Origin: an uncultured Chloroflexia bacterium
Lineage (GTDB): Bacteria > Chloroflexota > Limnocylindria > Limnocylindrales > CSP1-4
Direction of reading: 5' to 3'
NCBI GenBank assembly: GCA_963828165.1
Contig: CAWHDR010000001.1
Location: forward strand, 1,107,543 to 1,171,542
Length of the DNA stretch: 64,000 nucleotides
Under the pieces are notes generated by a model. It saw nothing but the letters and a program-made list of their open reading frames with translations. It searched no databases and was not told the origin of the DNA. This document shows, in pieces, positions 25,025-36,612 of this stretch. Position numbers and translations under genes: made by a program. Positions within the stretch are counted from its first letter, which is position 1; each line of letters starts with the position of its first letter.

Positions 25025-26590
25025 ATGGATGACCGCCACCCGGCACGCCTGCCTGTCGCCGCGCCCGCCGTGCCCCCGCCGCCCCAGTTCGTCGAACGCC
25101 GGGCGCAGTCCCGTCGCGAGGCGGACCGCGTCGCCCACGAGGAACGCCTGCTGCTGGCGCGCGCGCTCGACGTCCTCGCGACCGGCGATGCCCCGGAGCA
25201 ACGACTGGCCGGCTTGCTCGACCTCCTGGCGCAGACCGTCGGGGCGGAACGCGCCGCGGTCGTCGCCGACGGGGCCGCTCGCCGCGTCGCCGTCGCCGCC
25301 ACGGGCCCCAACGACCACGATGCGGCGATCGGGCTGGCGACCTGGCTCGATTCGGCGGCTCCCCGGAGTCGCGCGCGGCGCGCGGCCGCGAAGCGCGCCC
25401 CGATCTCTGTTGCGTTGCGCGGGATGGATGCCGGATCGACGGCCACGTCCATCGCGAAGACGCCCGCACCGCGCGAGACGTCGGACCTTGTGTATGCCTG
25501 CCTCACGATCCCGTCCGCCGGCGAGGTGACGCTCGGGTTCAGCTTCCGCGAGTCCGTCGACGCCGGGGCCCTCGAGGAGCGGCTGCCGCCCGCCCTCGCG
25601 AGGCATGCCGCGGTGGCCCTGACACTCGTGACCGAGGCCCTCGCCACGGAGCGCGAGCTGGCCAGGATGCGTGCCGTCGAAAGCCAGCGAGCGCAGTTCG
25701 TCTCGACGGTGGCGCACGAGCTGCGCACGCCCCTGACCGGGCTGTCGGGCTACCTCGATCTCATCCTGGACGGTCGCGTCGGCGACCCCGAGGTCGAGCG
25801 CGAGTTCATGGAGCGCGGGCGCACGATCGTCAGCTCGATGGGCGCGCTCGTCGACGACCTCCTGGAGCTCTCGCGGATCGAGTCCGGGACACTCGTGCTG
25901 GAGCAGGAGCCGTTCTCCGTCGCCGATGCCCTCAACGCCGTGTCCGCCGGGCTGCTGCCGATCGCGCTCGATCGAGGCGTGCGTCTGTTCGTGTCCGCAC
26001 CGCCCCGGCTCCGATCCGCGACCGGCGATCGTCGGCGGGTCGAACAGATCGTCACGAACCTCGCCGCCAACGCGATCAAGTTCGCGGGCGACCGGGCCGT
26101 CGAACTGGTCGGATGGTTCGAGGGACCGGTGGCCGTCGTCGCCGTGCGGGACGAAGGGCCGGGCATCGCGCCGACCGACCGCGAGCGGATCTTCGAACGC
26201 TTCTACCGGATGTCCGATCACGAGCCGATCACCGGGACCGGTCTGGGCCTGCCGATCGCGCGCGACCTCGCTCGGGCGATGGGTGGCGAGCTCGACGCGG
26301 CAAGCGTGCAGAGTGCGGGTTCCAGTTTCGTGCTCGTCCTGCCGGGGCCCGCCGGCACCATCCCGGCGGCGGTGATCGCCGAGGCCATGCGCGTGTCGCT
26401 GGACCTCGAGACGGAGCGCCTTCGGACGCTGGCCCTGTTGCAGGCGGGCGCCGCGGCGACCGATGAGGATCGACGCCGTATCCCGCGCGACGCGGCCGAC
26501 GGTCGGCGCGAGGGACAGACCCTCGACGACGACGCCCGCCGCGACGATCCTGCCCGCCACGATCCATCCCACGCCGTCGCGCGTCGCTGA
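25025..26590 (+). CDS. Cytoplasmic GAF-like sensor histidine kinase (no adjacent response regulator)
   Basis: H-box FVSTVAHELRTPLTGL, N-box VTNLAANAIKF, G-boxes VRDEGPGI and GTGLGLPIARDLARAMGG. No TM segments. Confidence 0.85.
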   Translation: MDDRHPARLPVAAPAVPPPPQFVERRAQSRREADRVAHEERLLLARALDVLATGDAPEQRLAGLLDLLAQTVGAERAAVVADGAARRVAVAATGPNDHDAAIGLATWLDSAAPRSRARRAAAKRAPISVALRGMDAGSTATSIAKTPAPRETSDLVYACLTIPSAGEVTLGFSFRESVDAGALEERLPPALARHAAVALTLVTEALATERELARMRAVESQRAQFVSTVAHELRTPLTGLSGYLDLILDGRVGDPEVEREFMERGRTIVSSMGALVDDLLELSRIESGTLVLEQEPFSVADALNAVSAGLLPIALDRGVRLFVSAPPRLRSATGDRRRVEQIVTNLAANAIKFAGDRAVELVGWFEGPVAVVAVRDEGPGIAPTDRERIFERFYRMSDHEPITGTGLGLPIARDLARAMGGELDAASVQSAGSSFVLVLPGPAGTIPAAVIAEAMRVSLDLETERLRTLALLQAGAAATDEDRRRIPRDAADGRREGQTLDDDARRDDPARHDPSHAVARR

Positions 26591-26597
26591 CGCCGAG

Positions 26598-26640
26598 TTA
26601 TCCACGAATCCCGCCGCATCGCGACCGAGTTCGTGGATAA
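26598..26640. promoter_or_regulatory. Inverted pair of DnaA-box-like 9-mers (12-bp perfect inverted repeat)
   Basis: TTATCCACG (26598-26606) and CGTGGATAA (26632-26640) each match TTATCCACA at 8/9. The extended arms are GTTATCCACGAA / TTCGTGGATAAC. Starts 8 nt after the kinase stop and lies upstream of rsmG. Confidence 0.4.
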
Positions 26641-26852
26641 CCGCGTTGACGCGCCCCCGGCCCGACCCGTACGGTCCCATCCCGCACTGGGGCGAACGCG
26701 AGGGTAACGCGATCCACGAGGGGCTCGGGGAGACCCGGCCGCGAACCGGATGGATGGCGGAAGACCGGACCAGCGCTCACGGTGCGAGATGAGTCGACGT
26801 CGGGAGCGGCGCCGCGCGGTCGATGGCACGTGGATCCACAGGAGGGCGTGCC

Positions 26853-27635
26853 GTGGTCCTAGAGCGCGAGCCGCTCCCGACGCGCGTCCGGGACACGCCG
26901 CAACTGCCGCCGTCGTACGAAGGGGCCTTGGTCGGCGGCGTGACCGATCCCTGGCTGGCGTCAGTCCTGGCGGACCCCGCGGTTCGCGCCGTCATCGATG
27001 GCCACGTCCGCCTGCTGCTCGCGTGGACGCCGCACATCAATCTCACGGCCATTCGGGAGCCGGCGGCCGTCGCGACCGCGCATGTCCTGGACAGCCTGAC
27101 GGCCTTGACGTGGCTGCGCGACCGGCGCGCCGATCGGGTCCTGGACCTCGGCTCGGGCGGCGGCTTCCCGGGTCTGCCGCTCGCATCTGCCCTGCCCGAC
27201 GCCGCATTCACCCTGGTCGAGCCGATCGCCAAGAAGGCGCGCTTCCTCCACACCGTGGTCGAGGCGACCGGGCTGGTTGATCGGGTGACGGTTTCCATCA
27301 CGCGAGCCGAGGAGCTCGCGGCGACCCCTGGTCGCCGGGGCTCGTGGTCCGTCGTCACGGCGCGCGCGGTCGCGTCGACCGCCGATCTCGTCGAGCTCTC
27401 CTTTCCGTTGCTCGACGGTGGCGGGTCGCTGGTGGCCTGGAAGCGCGGCGATCTGGACGCTGAGCTCGCGACGGCACGGCGGGCGATCGATGCGCTGGGT
27501 GGGGGCACGCTCGAGGTGCGTGAGGTGAGTGTGGCCGGACTCGCCGATCACCGGCTGGTGATCGCCACCCGGACGGGCGCCGTCCCGGCGGCCTACCCAC
27601 GCGATCCAGCAGCTCGCCGCCGCGATCCGTGGTGA
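26853..27635 (+). CDS. rsmG: 16S rRNA (guanine527-N7)-methyltransferase RsmG (GidB)
   Basis: NLTAIREPAAVATAHVLDSL, SAM motif VLDLGSGGGFPGLPLA, and SWSVVTARAVA. Start set to the in-frame GTG 26853, 6 nt after GGAGGG. The ORF-track ATG is at 26823. Confidence 0.85.
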   Translation: MVLEREPLPTRVRDTPQLPPSYEGALVGGVTDPWLASVLADPAVRAVIDGHVRLLLAWTPHINLTAIREPAAVATAHVLDSLTALTWLRDRRADRVLDLGSGGGFPGLPLASALPDAAFTLVEPIAKKARFLHTVVEATGLVDRVTVSITRAEELAATPGRRGSWSVVTARAVASTADLVELSFPLLDGGGSLVAWKRGDLDAELATARRAIDALGGGTLEVREVSVAGLADHRLVIATRTGAVPAAYPRDPAARRRDPW

Positions 27636-27683
27636 GATCCCGCATCGGGTGAGCCGCTCCTGACGCTGCTACGCTCTGCCGCG

Positions 27684-28421
27684 ATGCGGGTCGCCGTCCT
27701 GTCGGACATCCACAGCAATCTCGTGGCGCTCGATGCGGTCCTCGCGCATGCCGGTGCGGTCGACGCGATCTGGCATCTGGGCGACGTCGTGGGCTACGGG
27801 CCGGACCCGGACGGGGTCGTCGCGCGGCTGATCAAGGTCGGTGCGGTCGGCGTGCGCGGCAATCACGACGCCGCGGCGCTTGGCGGGCGCGAGATCGACT
27901 GGTTCAACCCGGAGGCGCGCGCCGCGGCGGAATGGACCCGCGACACGATCGACGGCACGACCCGCGCATGGTTGACCGCCCTGCCCGAGCGCCACGCGAT
28001 CGGCCGCATGTCCCTCGTCCACGGCAGCCCGCGCGACCCGATCCGCGAGTACGTCTCGAGCGCCGACGTCGCCCTCGAGAACCTGGCCGTCCTCGAGACG
28101 GAATTCGGCCTGCACGGCCACACCCATGTGCCGGTGGCGTTCTGTCTCGGGCCGGACCAGCGCTTGCAGGTCGTGGGCCCCGGCTCGGGCAGGAGCTCGG
28201 ACGGCATCCTCGCGCTCGACGGGCAACGGGCGCTCATCAACCCGGGCAGCGTAGGCCAGCCGCGGGACGGCGACCCCGATGCCTCGTACCTGATCCTGGA
28301 CCCCGAGGCCGCGACGGTGAGCTGGCATCGCGTGGCGTACGACATCGCTGCCGTCCAGGCGGCGATCCGCGCTGCCGGCCTCCCGGGCCGGCTCGCCGAC
28401 CGGCTCGCGTACGGCGCATGA
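27684..28421 (+). CDS. Metallophosphoesterase-family protein (YfcE/MJ0936-like)
   Basis: MRVAVLSDIHSN, HLGDVVGYGPDP, VRGNHD, LVHGSPRDP, GHTHVP. Confidence 0.85.
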   Translation: MRVAVLSDIHSNLVALDAVLAHAGAVDAIWHLGDVVGYGPDPDGVVARLIKVGAVGVRGNHDAAALGGREIDWFNPEARAAAEWTRDTIDGTTRAWLTALPERHAIGRMSLVHGSPRDPIREYVSSADVALENLAVLETEFGLHGHTHVPVAFCLGPDQRLQVVGPGSGRSSDGILALDGQRALINPGSVGQPRDGDPDASYLILDPEAATVSWHRVAYDIAAVQAAIRAAGLPGRLADRLAYGA

Positions 28422-28451
28422 CCGCGTCTCGAGCATCGTGAGGTCACGTCC

Positions 28452-30467
28452 GTGATCGGCGGTCGCCGCTCGCTCCAGGGTCGCAAGCCCGGCGACAAGC
28501 GGGTCCGCGTCGAGCGGCCTCATGCCCCGTATTTCCGGTACACGGGCCCCGGCCAGCTGACGGCCAAGGAAGCGGCCAGCATCCCGACCACGCCTGGAGC
28601 GAAGCTGGCGCACAAGATCCGCGGCGTCGTGCTCGGACGCCCGCTGGCCTCGGAAGACGAGGCGGGCGAACGCCTGTCGAAGGTCAAGGCGATGGCGATC
28701 TTCAGCTCGGATGCGATCTCGTCATCGGCCTATGCGACCGAGGAGATCCTGCGGGCCTTCGTCCTGGCCGGCGCGGCGATGGCGGCGTTCACCTTCGCGC
28801 TGCCGGTCTCGATCGCCATCGCGCTGCTGCTGGGCATCGTCGCGTTCTCCTACCGCCAGGTGTGCATCGCGTATCCGAACGGCGGCGGGTCGTATTCGGT
28901 CTCGAAGGCCAACCTCGGCCGGATCGCCTCGCTCGTGGCGGCCTCGGCACTGCTGATCGACTACAACCTGACGGTCGCGGTATCGACGTCGTCCGCGGTC
29001 GAGCAGATCGTCTCGGCGCTGCCGGCCCTCGCACCGATCGCCGTAGGCATCGGCGTCACGGCGATCGCGCTGATGACGATGGCCAACCTGCGCGGCCTGC
29101 GCGAGGCCGGCAACATCTTCGCCGTCCCCACCTACCTGTTCCTCGGCAGCGCGTTCCTGATGATCGGCCTGGGCGTCTTCCGGATCGTCGTCCTGGGCGA
29201 GACACGGATGCCCGCAGAGTCGCTCGAGGCGGTCGGGGACACGACCCAGGCCGTCGGCATCCTCGTGCTGCTACGGGCCTTCTCGTCGGGCGCCGTAGCT
29301 CTGACCGGCACGGAGGCGATCGCGACCGGTGTGCCGGCGTTCAAGCCACCGGAGTCGCGCAACGCGGCGACGACGCTCATGGTGATGGCGGTCATCCTCG
29401 GCGTGCTGTTCGTCGGCATCACCTTCCTGGCGGTCAACCTCGGGGCCGTACCGCCGGCCCACGTCGGCGACAAGACCGTCATCGCGCAGGTGGCCACCGT
29501 CGTCTTCGGCGGCGATTCCATCGGCTTCTACCTGTTCCAATCGTTCACGGCCCTGCTCCTGTTCTTGGCCGCGAACACCTCCTTCAATGCGTTCCCCAGG
29601 CTTGGCGCCGTCCTCGCGATCGACGGGTTCTTCCCGCGTCAGTTCTCGTTCCGCGGCGACCGCCTCGCCTTCTCGAGCGGGATCATCGCCCTTGGCGTGG
29701 TCGCCGCCTCGCTCGTGGTGATCTTCCGCGGCGAGACCCATGCGTTGATCCCGCTGTACGCGGTCGGCGTCTTCATCGACTTCACGATCGCCCAGACCGG
29801 GATGGTCCGGCACTGGTGGCGCACCCAGTCGCCAGGCTGGCGCAGACGGCTGGCGATCAATGCCGTCGGTGGGATCGCGACGGCGATCGTGGCCGTCGTC
29901 GTGACGACGATCAAGTTCCGCGACGGCGCGTACCTCGTGCTCCTGCTCATCCCGGTCCTGGTCGCCGTCATGCTGTTCATCCGGCGCGAGTACGACGATC
30001 TGGAGGAGGAGCTCCACGTTCGTGACGACCTGATCGCGGAGGGGCCCCATCGCGAGCAGCGCGTGGTCATCCCGGTCAACGGCATCAACCGGGCGGTGAT
30101 CCAGGCAGTGAACTTCGGGCGGACGATGAGCCCGGACATCCGGGCGGTGTACGTCACCGTGAACCCGGACGAGGGCGACGAGCTGCGCGGACGGTGGGAG
30201 CGCCAAGTGCCCGGTGTGCCGCTCGTCATCGTCGAGTCCCCCTATCGCGCCGTGATCTCGCCGCTCCTCGCCTATCTCGACCTCCTTGACCAGGCCTGGC
30301 CGCCGGACAAGGAGGCGCCGGTCACGATCGTCGTGCTGCCGGAATTCGTGCCCCGCCACTGGTGGGAGCGCGCGCTGTACAACCAGACGGCCAAGCGTCT
30401 CAAGGCGGCGATCCTCGGGCGCGAGCACACGGTCGTCGCCGACGTCCCCTACCGCCGCGAGCACTAG
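28452..30467 (+). CDS. APC-superfamily permease with C-terminal cytoplasmic domain (KimA-like; putative K+ uptake)
   Basis: 671 aa with about 12 TM (AIFSSDAISSSAYATEEIL, NGGGSYSVSKANLG) plus a ~200-aa soluble C-terminal domain. Sits next to usp and two trkA genes. Confidence 0.7.
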   Translation: MIGGRRSLQGRKPGDKRVRVERPHAPYFRYTGPGQLTAKEAASIPTTPGAKLAHKIRGVVLGRPLASEDEAGERLSKVKAMAIFSSDAISSSAYATEEILRAFVLAGAAMAAFTFALPVSIAIALLLGIVAFSYRQVCIAYPNGGGSYSVSKANLGRIASLVAASALLIDYNLTVAVSTSSAVEQIVSALPALAPIAVGIGVTAIALMTMANLRGLREAGNIFAVPTYLFLGSAFLMIGLGVFRIVVLGETRMPAESLEAVGDTTQAVGILVLLRAFSSGAVALTGTEAIATGVPAFKPPESRNAATTLMVMAVILGVLFVGITFLAVNLGAVPPAHVGDKTVIAQVATVVFGGDSIGFYLFQSFTALLLFLAANTSFNAFPRLGAVLAIDGFFPRQFSFRGDRLAFSSGIIALGVVAASLVVIFRGETHALIPLYAVGVFIDFTIAQTGMVRHWWRTQSPGWRRRLAINAVGGIATAIVAVVVTTIKFRDGAYLVLLLIPVLVAVMLFIRREYDDLEEELHVRDDLIAEGPHREQRVVIPVNGINRAVIQAVNFGRTMSPDIRAVYVTVNPDEGDELRGRWERQVPGVPLVIVESPYRAVISPLLAYLDLLDQAWPPDKEAPVTIVVLPEFVPRHWWERALYNQTAKRLKAAILGREHTVVADVPYRREH

Positions 30468-30529
30468 ACGGCGCGACAGCCCGGGCAGCTCACCGACCCG
30501 CACGCGTGCCGGTGGTATCGTTCCCGCCG

Positions 30530-30985
30530 ATGTCCGACACCGACACGCCCATCTACCGAAGGGCCGTCATCGCCCTCAACGGTGGCTCGAGTGACGCGCG
30601 GATCGTGCGGCTGGTGGTCGCGCTCGGGACCAAGGACGTGGAGCTGATCGCCGTCCACGTCGTCGAGATCGACTGGACCCTCCCGCTCGATGCCGACATC
30701 GCCGGGCGATCGGAGGAGGTCCAGCAGGTGCTCGACACCGCGGAAGCGATCGCCGAGGAGCGCAAGATGAAGATGGAGCCGGTGCTGCTCCAGGCCCGCG
30801 ACGTCGGGGCGGCCATCGTCGACGAAGCTACCGAGCGCGACGCCGACCTGCTGGTCGTCGGCCTGCCGTATCGAAAGCGGTTCGGCGGCGAATTCGCCAT
30901 CGGCCGGACCGTCCCCTACATCCTGCAGAACGCGCCGTGCGCCGTCTGGGTGGTGCGCGAGCCGATGAGCGAGGAGCCGTCGTGA
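30530..30985 (+). CDS. Universal stress protein (UspA family)
   Basis: 151 aa from ATG 30530: RRAVIALNGGSSDARIVRLV...DADLLVVGLPYRKRFGGEFAIGRTVPYILQNAPCAVWVV. Confidence 0.85.
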   Translation: MSDTDTPIYRRAVIALNGGSSDARIVRLVVALGTKDVELIAVHVVEIDWTLPLDADIAGRSEEVQQVLDTAEAIAEERKMKMEPVLLQARDVGAAIVDEATERDADLLVVGLPYRKRFGGEFAIGRTVPYILQNAPCAVWVVREPMSEEPS

Positions 30986-31524
30986 AGATCGTCATCGTCG
31001 GGTGCGGCCGCGTGGGCGCAGCCAGTGCCGAGCTGTGGGACGCCGCCGGGCACGAGGTGATCGTGCTCGATATCGTCACCCGCGCATTCGAGCGTCTGCC
31101 ATCCACCTTCGGCGGGGTCGCCATCCGTGGCGACGGCACCGATGAGGACGTGCTCCGTCGCGCCGGGGCGGAAGGCGCGGACGTCCTGGTGGCCCTTACC
31201 GAAGGCGATAACCGGAACGTGATGTCGGCGCAGCTCGCGGTCGAAGCCCTGGGCATCGCGCGCGTGATCGCCAAGATCAACGACCCGGTGCGGGCCGCGG
31301 CGTATTCGGAGCTCGGCATCGCCACGCTGTGCCGGACGGGCTTGATGGCCGACGCCATCAACGGGCATCTCGGGTTCCCCCCGTCGGGGCTGCCCGGTGT
31401 CCTCGCCGCGACGGGTCACCATGATGGTGGCGCGCACCCCGCGGGCGCGCACCCCGCGCATGACAAGGCGCCCGGTGACGCCCCCGAACAAGACGCCGCG
31501 CCGCGCGCGGCCGTGGAGGCCTGA
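30982..31524 (+). CDS. trkA: TrkA-N (RCK N-terminal) domain protein without a TrkA-C domain
   Basis: The GTG overlaps the usp stop (GTGA). Rossmann motif VIVGCGRVGAASA. It ends in a His/Pro/Ala-rich tail instead of an RCK-C domain. Confidence 0.8.
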   Translation: MKIVIVGCGRVGAASAELWDAAGHEVIVLDIVTRAFERLPSTFGGVAIRGDGTDEDVLRRAGAEGADVLVALTEGDNRNVMSAQLAVEALGIARVIAKINDPVRAAAYSELGIATLCRTGLMADAINGHLGFPPSGLPGVLAATGHHDGGAHPAGAHPAHDKAPGDAPEQDAAPRAAVEA

Positions 31525-31525
31525 C

Positions 31526-32206
31526 GTGTTCGTACTCGTCGTCGGCGGCGGCAAGGTCGGCTATTACCTCGCCAAGGAACTGATCGATTCCGGCCACGAG
31601 GTGGCCCTCATGGAGAAGGACCCGACCCGCGCCCGGCAGATCGCCGACGAGATCGGCTCGATCGTGATCCCGCACGACGGGTGCGAGGGCAAGTACCTCG
31701 GTGAGGCCGGCTGCAATCGCGCCGACGTCGTGGCTGCCGTGACCGGCGATGACGAGGACAATCTCGTGATCTGCCAGATGGCCAAGCATCACTTCGACGT
31801 GCCACGCACGATCGCCCGGGTGAACAACCCGAAGAACGAGGTCCTCTTCCGGCACCTCGGCGTCGACGAGCTCGTCAGCCCGACACGCATGATCCTCGGC
31901 TCGATCGAGCAGGACATCCCGGTCCACGAGCTGCTGCACCTGGCGGCGCTCGGTGAAGGCGAGCTCGAGATCATCGAGGCGCACCTCCAGGCGGGCTCCC
32001 CCGCGATCGGCCGATCGCCGGAGCAGCTCGACATGCCGGAGGGGTGCTCGCTGTTCGCGGTGGTGCGTGGTGGGGTCGCGACCCCGCTCCGTCCGGATGA
32101 CGTCCTGCGCGAGGGCGACAAGGTCATCGCCATCGGCAAGCAGGAATGCGAGGCCCTGTTGCACGGGCAGCTCATCGGCGATCCGGAGGCGGTCAGCGCG
32201 GGCTGA
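31526..32206 (+). CDS. trkA: TrkA potassium-transport regulatory protein (RCK N + C domains)
   Basis: The GTG starts 1 nt after the previous stop. VVGGGKVGYYLAKEL, then a TrkA-C-like segment ELEIIEAHLQAGSPAIGRSPEQLDMPEGCSLFAVVRGG...GDKVIAIG. Confidence 0.85.
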   Translation: MFVLVVGGGKVGYYLAKELIDSGHEVALMEKDPTRARQIADEIGSIVIPHDGCEGKYLGEAGCNRADVVAAVTGDDEDNLVICQMAKHHFDVPRTIARVNNPKNEVLFRHLGVDELVSPTRMILGSIEQDIPVHELLHLAALGEGELEIIEAHLQAGSPAIGRSPEQLDMPEGCSLFAVVRGGVATPLRPDDVLREGDKVIAIGKQECEALLHGQLIGDPEAVSAG

Positions 32207-32315
32207 ACCTCTAGTTCGGTGTAGCACGGTCGAAGCCGGCTCCACCGCTCCCGACGCGCTCAGCGGCCCCGCGCTGGCCCCGATGCCATCTCAATCGCCC
32301 GATGTGGCAAGACTC

Positions 32316-32345
32316 TTGACAACGCCATTGTCAACGTTCTAGCAT
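32316..32345 (+). promoter_or_regulatory. Promoter with an embedded HAIR-like inverted repeat (HspR operator candidate)
   Basis: TTGACAA-CGCCA-TTGTCAA (32316-32334) doubles as the -35 TTGACA. TAGCAT (32340-32345) follows 18 nt later and lies 6 nt before the hspR ATG. Confidence 0.55.
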
Positions 32346-32351
32346 CCGTGC

Positions 32352-32744
32352 ATGGCATCTCCGCGTCAGGACCGCGATCCCACGAGGCCCGTCTACGTGA
32401 TCAGCGTGGCGGCCACCCTGGTGAGCGCGCACCCTCGAACCCTGCGTATCTACGAGGACGAGGGCCTGCTCTGCCCGGCCCGGACGCCGACCAACATCCG
32501 CCTCTATTCCGAGAATGACATCCGGCGGATCCTGTGGATCCGCCACCTGACCCGCGAGCGGGGCGTCAACCTCGCCGGGATCCGGATCCTGTTCGAGCTG
32601 GAGGAGCGCCTCGGTGCTCGCGTCCTGGAGGCGCTCTACGCCGAAGGGACGGGCGATGCCGAGAGCATCCGTCCCGCGACAGCAGCCCCGGAACCCTCCA
32701 AGGACTCATCCACGTCACGCGATCCATCCATGGCAGACCGTTGA
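32352..32744 (+). CDS. hspR: MerR-family heat-shock repressor, HspR-like
   Basis: VYVISVAATLVSAHPRTLRIYEDEGLLCPARTPTNIRLYSENDIRRILWIRHLTRERGVNLAGIRILFELE. Sits at the head of lon/cbpA/clpB. Confidence 0.75.
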   Translation: MASPRQDRDPTRPVYVISVAATLVSAHPRTLRIYEDEGLLCPARTPTNIRLYSENDIRRILWIRHLTRERGVNLAGIRILFELEERLGARVLEALYAEGTGDAESIRPATAAPEPSKDSSTSRDPSMADR

Positions 32745-32821
32745 GCGATCGACCCACCACCAAGCCTTCAGCGGGAACCCCTCCCGCCGACACCGAACCC
32801 GAACGTCAGGAGAACCTCGAC

Positions 32822-35335
<2,514 letters not shown>

Positions 35336-35491
35336 AATGAGGATCGCCGCCGGGTGCCCTTTGCGTGCGTTGCAGCCTGCGCTGCTCGCTCACGCAGGAG
35401 TCGCCGGGCCGATGGCTAGGGCAGCGTGGTCTCGGACCTCCGGGGGTAGTGCGCTCGCTCCGCTGCTCGGCGGCGCCTTCGCCTGGGACGT

Positions 35492-35515
35492 CCGGACGGC
35501 GGCTACGCCGTCCGG
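35492..35515 (+). terminator. Perfect 10-bp GC hairpin between lon and cbpA
   Basis: CCGGACGGCG-GCTA-CGCCGTCCGG followed by CTGATT. It lies 157 nt after the lon stop and 19 nt before the cbpA ATG. Confidence 0.45.
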
Positions 35516-35534
35516 CTGATTCGGAAGTCGGCCG

Positions 35535-36611
35535 ATGGACTACAAGGACTATTACGCCGTTCTCGGCGTGCCGAGGACTGCGTCGCAGAAAGAGATCAAG
35601 AAGGCCTTCCGTAAGCTCGCGCGCGAGCACCACCCGGACACGAAGGGCGGCGACGCCGCGGCCGAGGTGCGGTTCAAGGAGGTCAACGAGGCGAACGCCG
35701 TCCTGTCCGACCCGGACAAGCGGGCGCTCTACGACCGCCTGGGGGCCGATTGGCAGTCGTATGCGCGGGCGGGTGCGGGCGCGCCCGCCGGAACGGGGGC
35801 TCGGGCCGGCGGCGCCGCAGCCGGCGACCCCTTCGGCGGGTACGCCGGGTTCGGTGGCGCACCCGGTGGCAGCGTCCGCTACGAGTTCCATACGACCGGA
35901 GACGCCGGCGAGTTCAGCGACTTCTTCAACGCGTTCTTCGCGGGCGAGTCCGAGCCATTGAGCACACCCGGCCGCGGCCGGCGGGCGACGGGTGGCGCCA
36001 CGTTCGAGGACATCCTCGCCGGGATGGGCCTCGGTGCCGATGGCGGTGCCGCGACGAGCCGTCCACGTCCCACGACCACCACGGCCGCACGACCGCGACC
36101 CGCGTCGGCGGAGGCCACGGCCGACATCACGCTCGAGGAGGCGTATCACGGGACGAGCCGGCTCGTCGAGGTCGAGGGCAAGCGCCTCGAAGTCACGATC
36201 CCGCGCGGCGCCGATACCGGCAGCCGCATCCGATTGACCGGCAAGGCGCCCGGCGGCGGCGACCTGTACGTCGTGGTCCGCCAGCGTCCCGACCGGGTGT
36301 TCACGCGTCGCGGTGCGGACCTGGAGCGCGAGCTGTCCCTGACCCTCGGGGAGGCGCTCCTCGGCGCGGACGTCAAGGTCCGTACGCCCAAGGGACGCGT
36401 CGTGCTCACGATCCCGGCCGGAACCCAGGGGGGTCGCGTGTTCCGGCTGACCGGCCAGGGCATGCCGAGGTTTCGCGCGGACGGCTACGGGGACCTGTAC
36501 GTGAAAGCCCGCGTCATCCTCCCGACCGACCTCTCCGACGCCGCTCGCGAGGCGGCCGCCCAGTTCTTCGAACTCGTCGACCAACCCGATCCCCGCACCA
36601 GTGAGTCCTGA
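35535..36611 (+). CDS. cbpA: DnaJ-class co-chaperone without the zinc-finger domain (CbpA-like)
   Basis: J domain [31 protein letters not shown], a G/A-rich linker, two DnaJ C-terminal beta domains, and no CxxCxGxG repeats. Confidence 0.8.
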   Translation: MDYKDYYAVLGVPRTASQKEIKKAFRKLAREHHPDTKGGDAAAEVRFKEVNEANAVLSDPDKRALYDRLGADWQSYARAGAGAPAGTGARAGGAAAGDPFGGYAGFGGAPGGSVRYEFHTTGDAGEFSDFFNAFFAGESEPLSTPGRGRRATGGATFEDILAGMGLGADGGAATSRPRPTTTTAARPRPASAEATADITLEEAYHGTSRLVEVEGKRLEVTIPRGADTGSRIRLTGKAPGGGDLYVVVRQRPDRVFTRRGADLERELSLTLGEALLGADVKVRTPKGRVVLTIPAGTQGGRVFRLTGQGMPRFRADGYGDLYVKARVILPTDLSDAAREAAAQFFELVDQPDPRTSES

Positions 36612-36612
36612 C

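Noticed and set aside
26595-26641. The 12-bp inverted repeat after the kinase gene read purely as an intrinsic terminator.
   Set aside because: Not excluded, but the 21-nt loop, the missing U-tract and the exact DnaA-box sequence of the arms make a protein-binding site at least as likely. It is reported as a finding with both readings.
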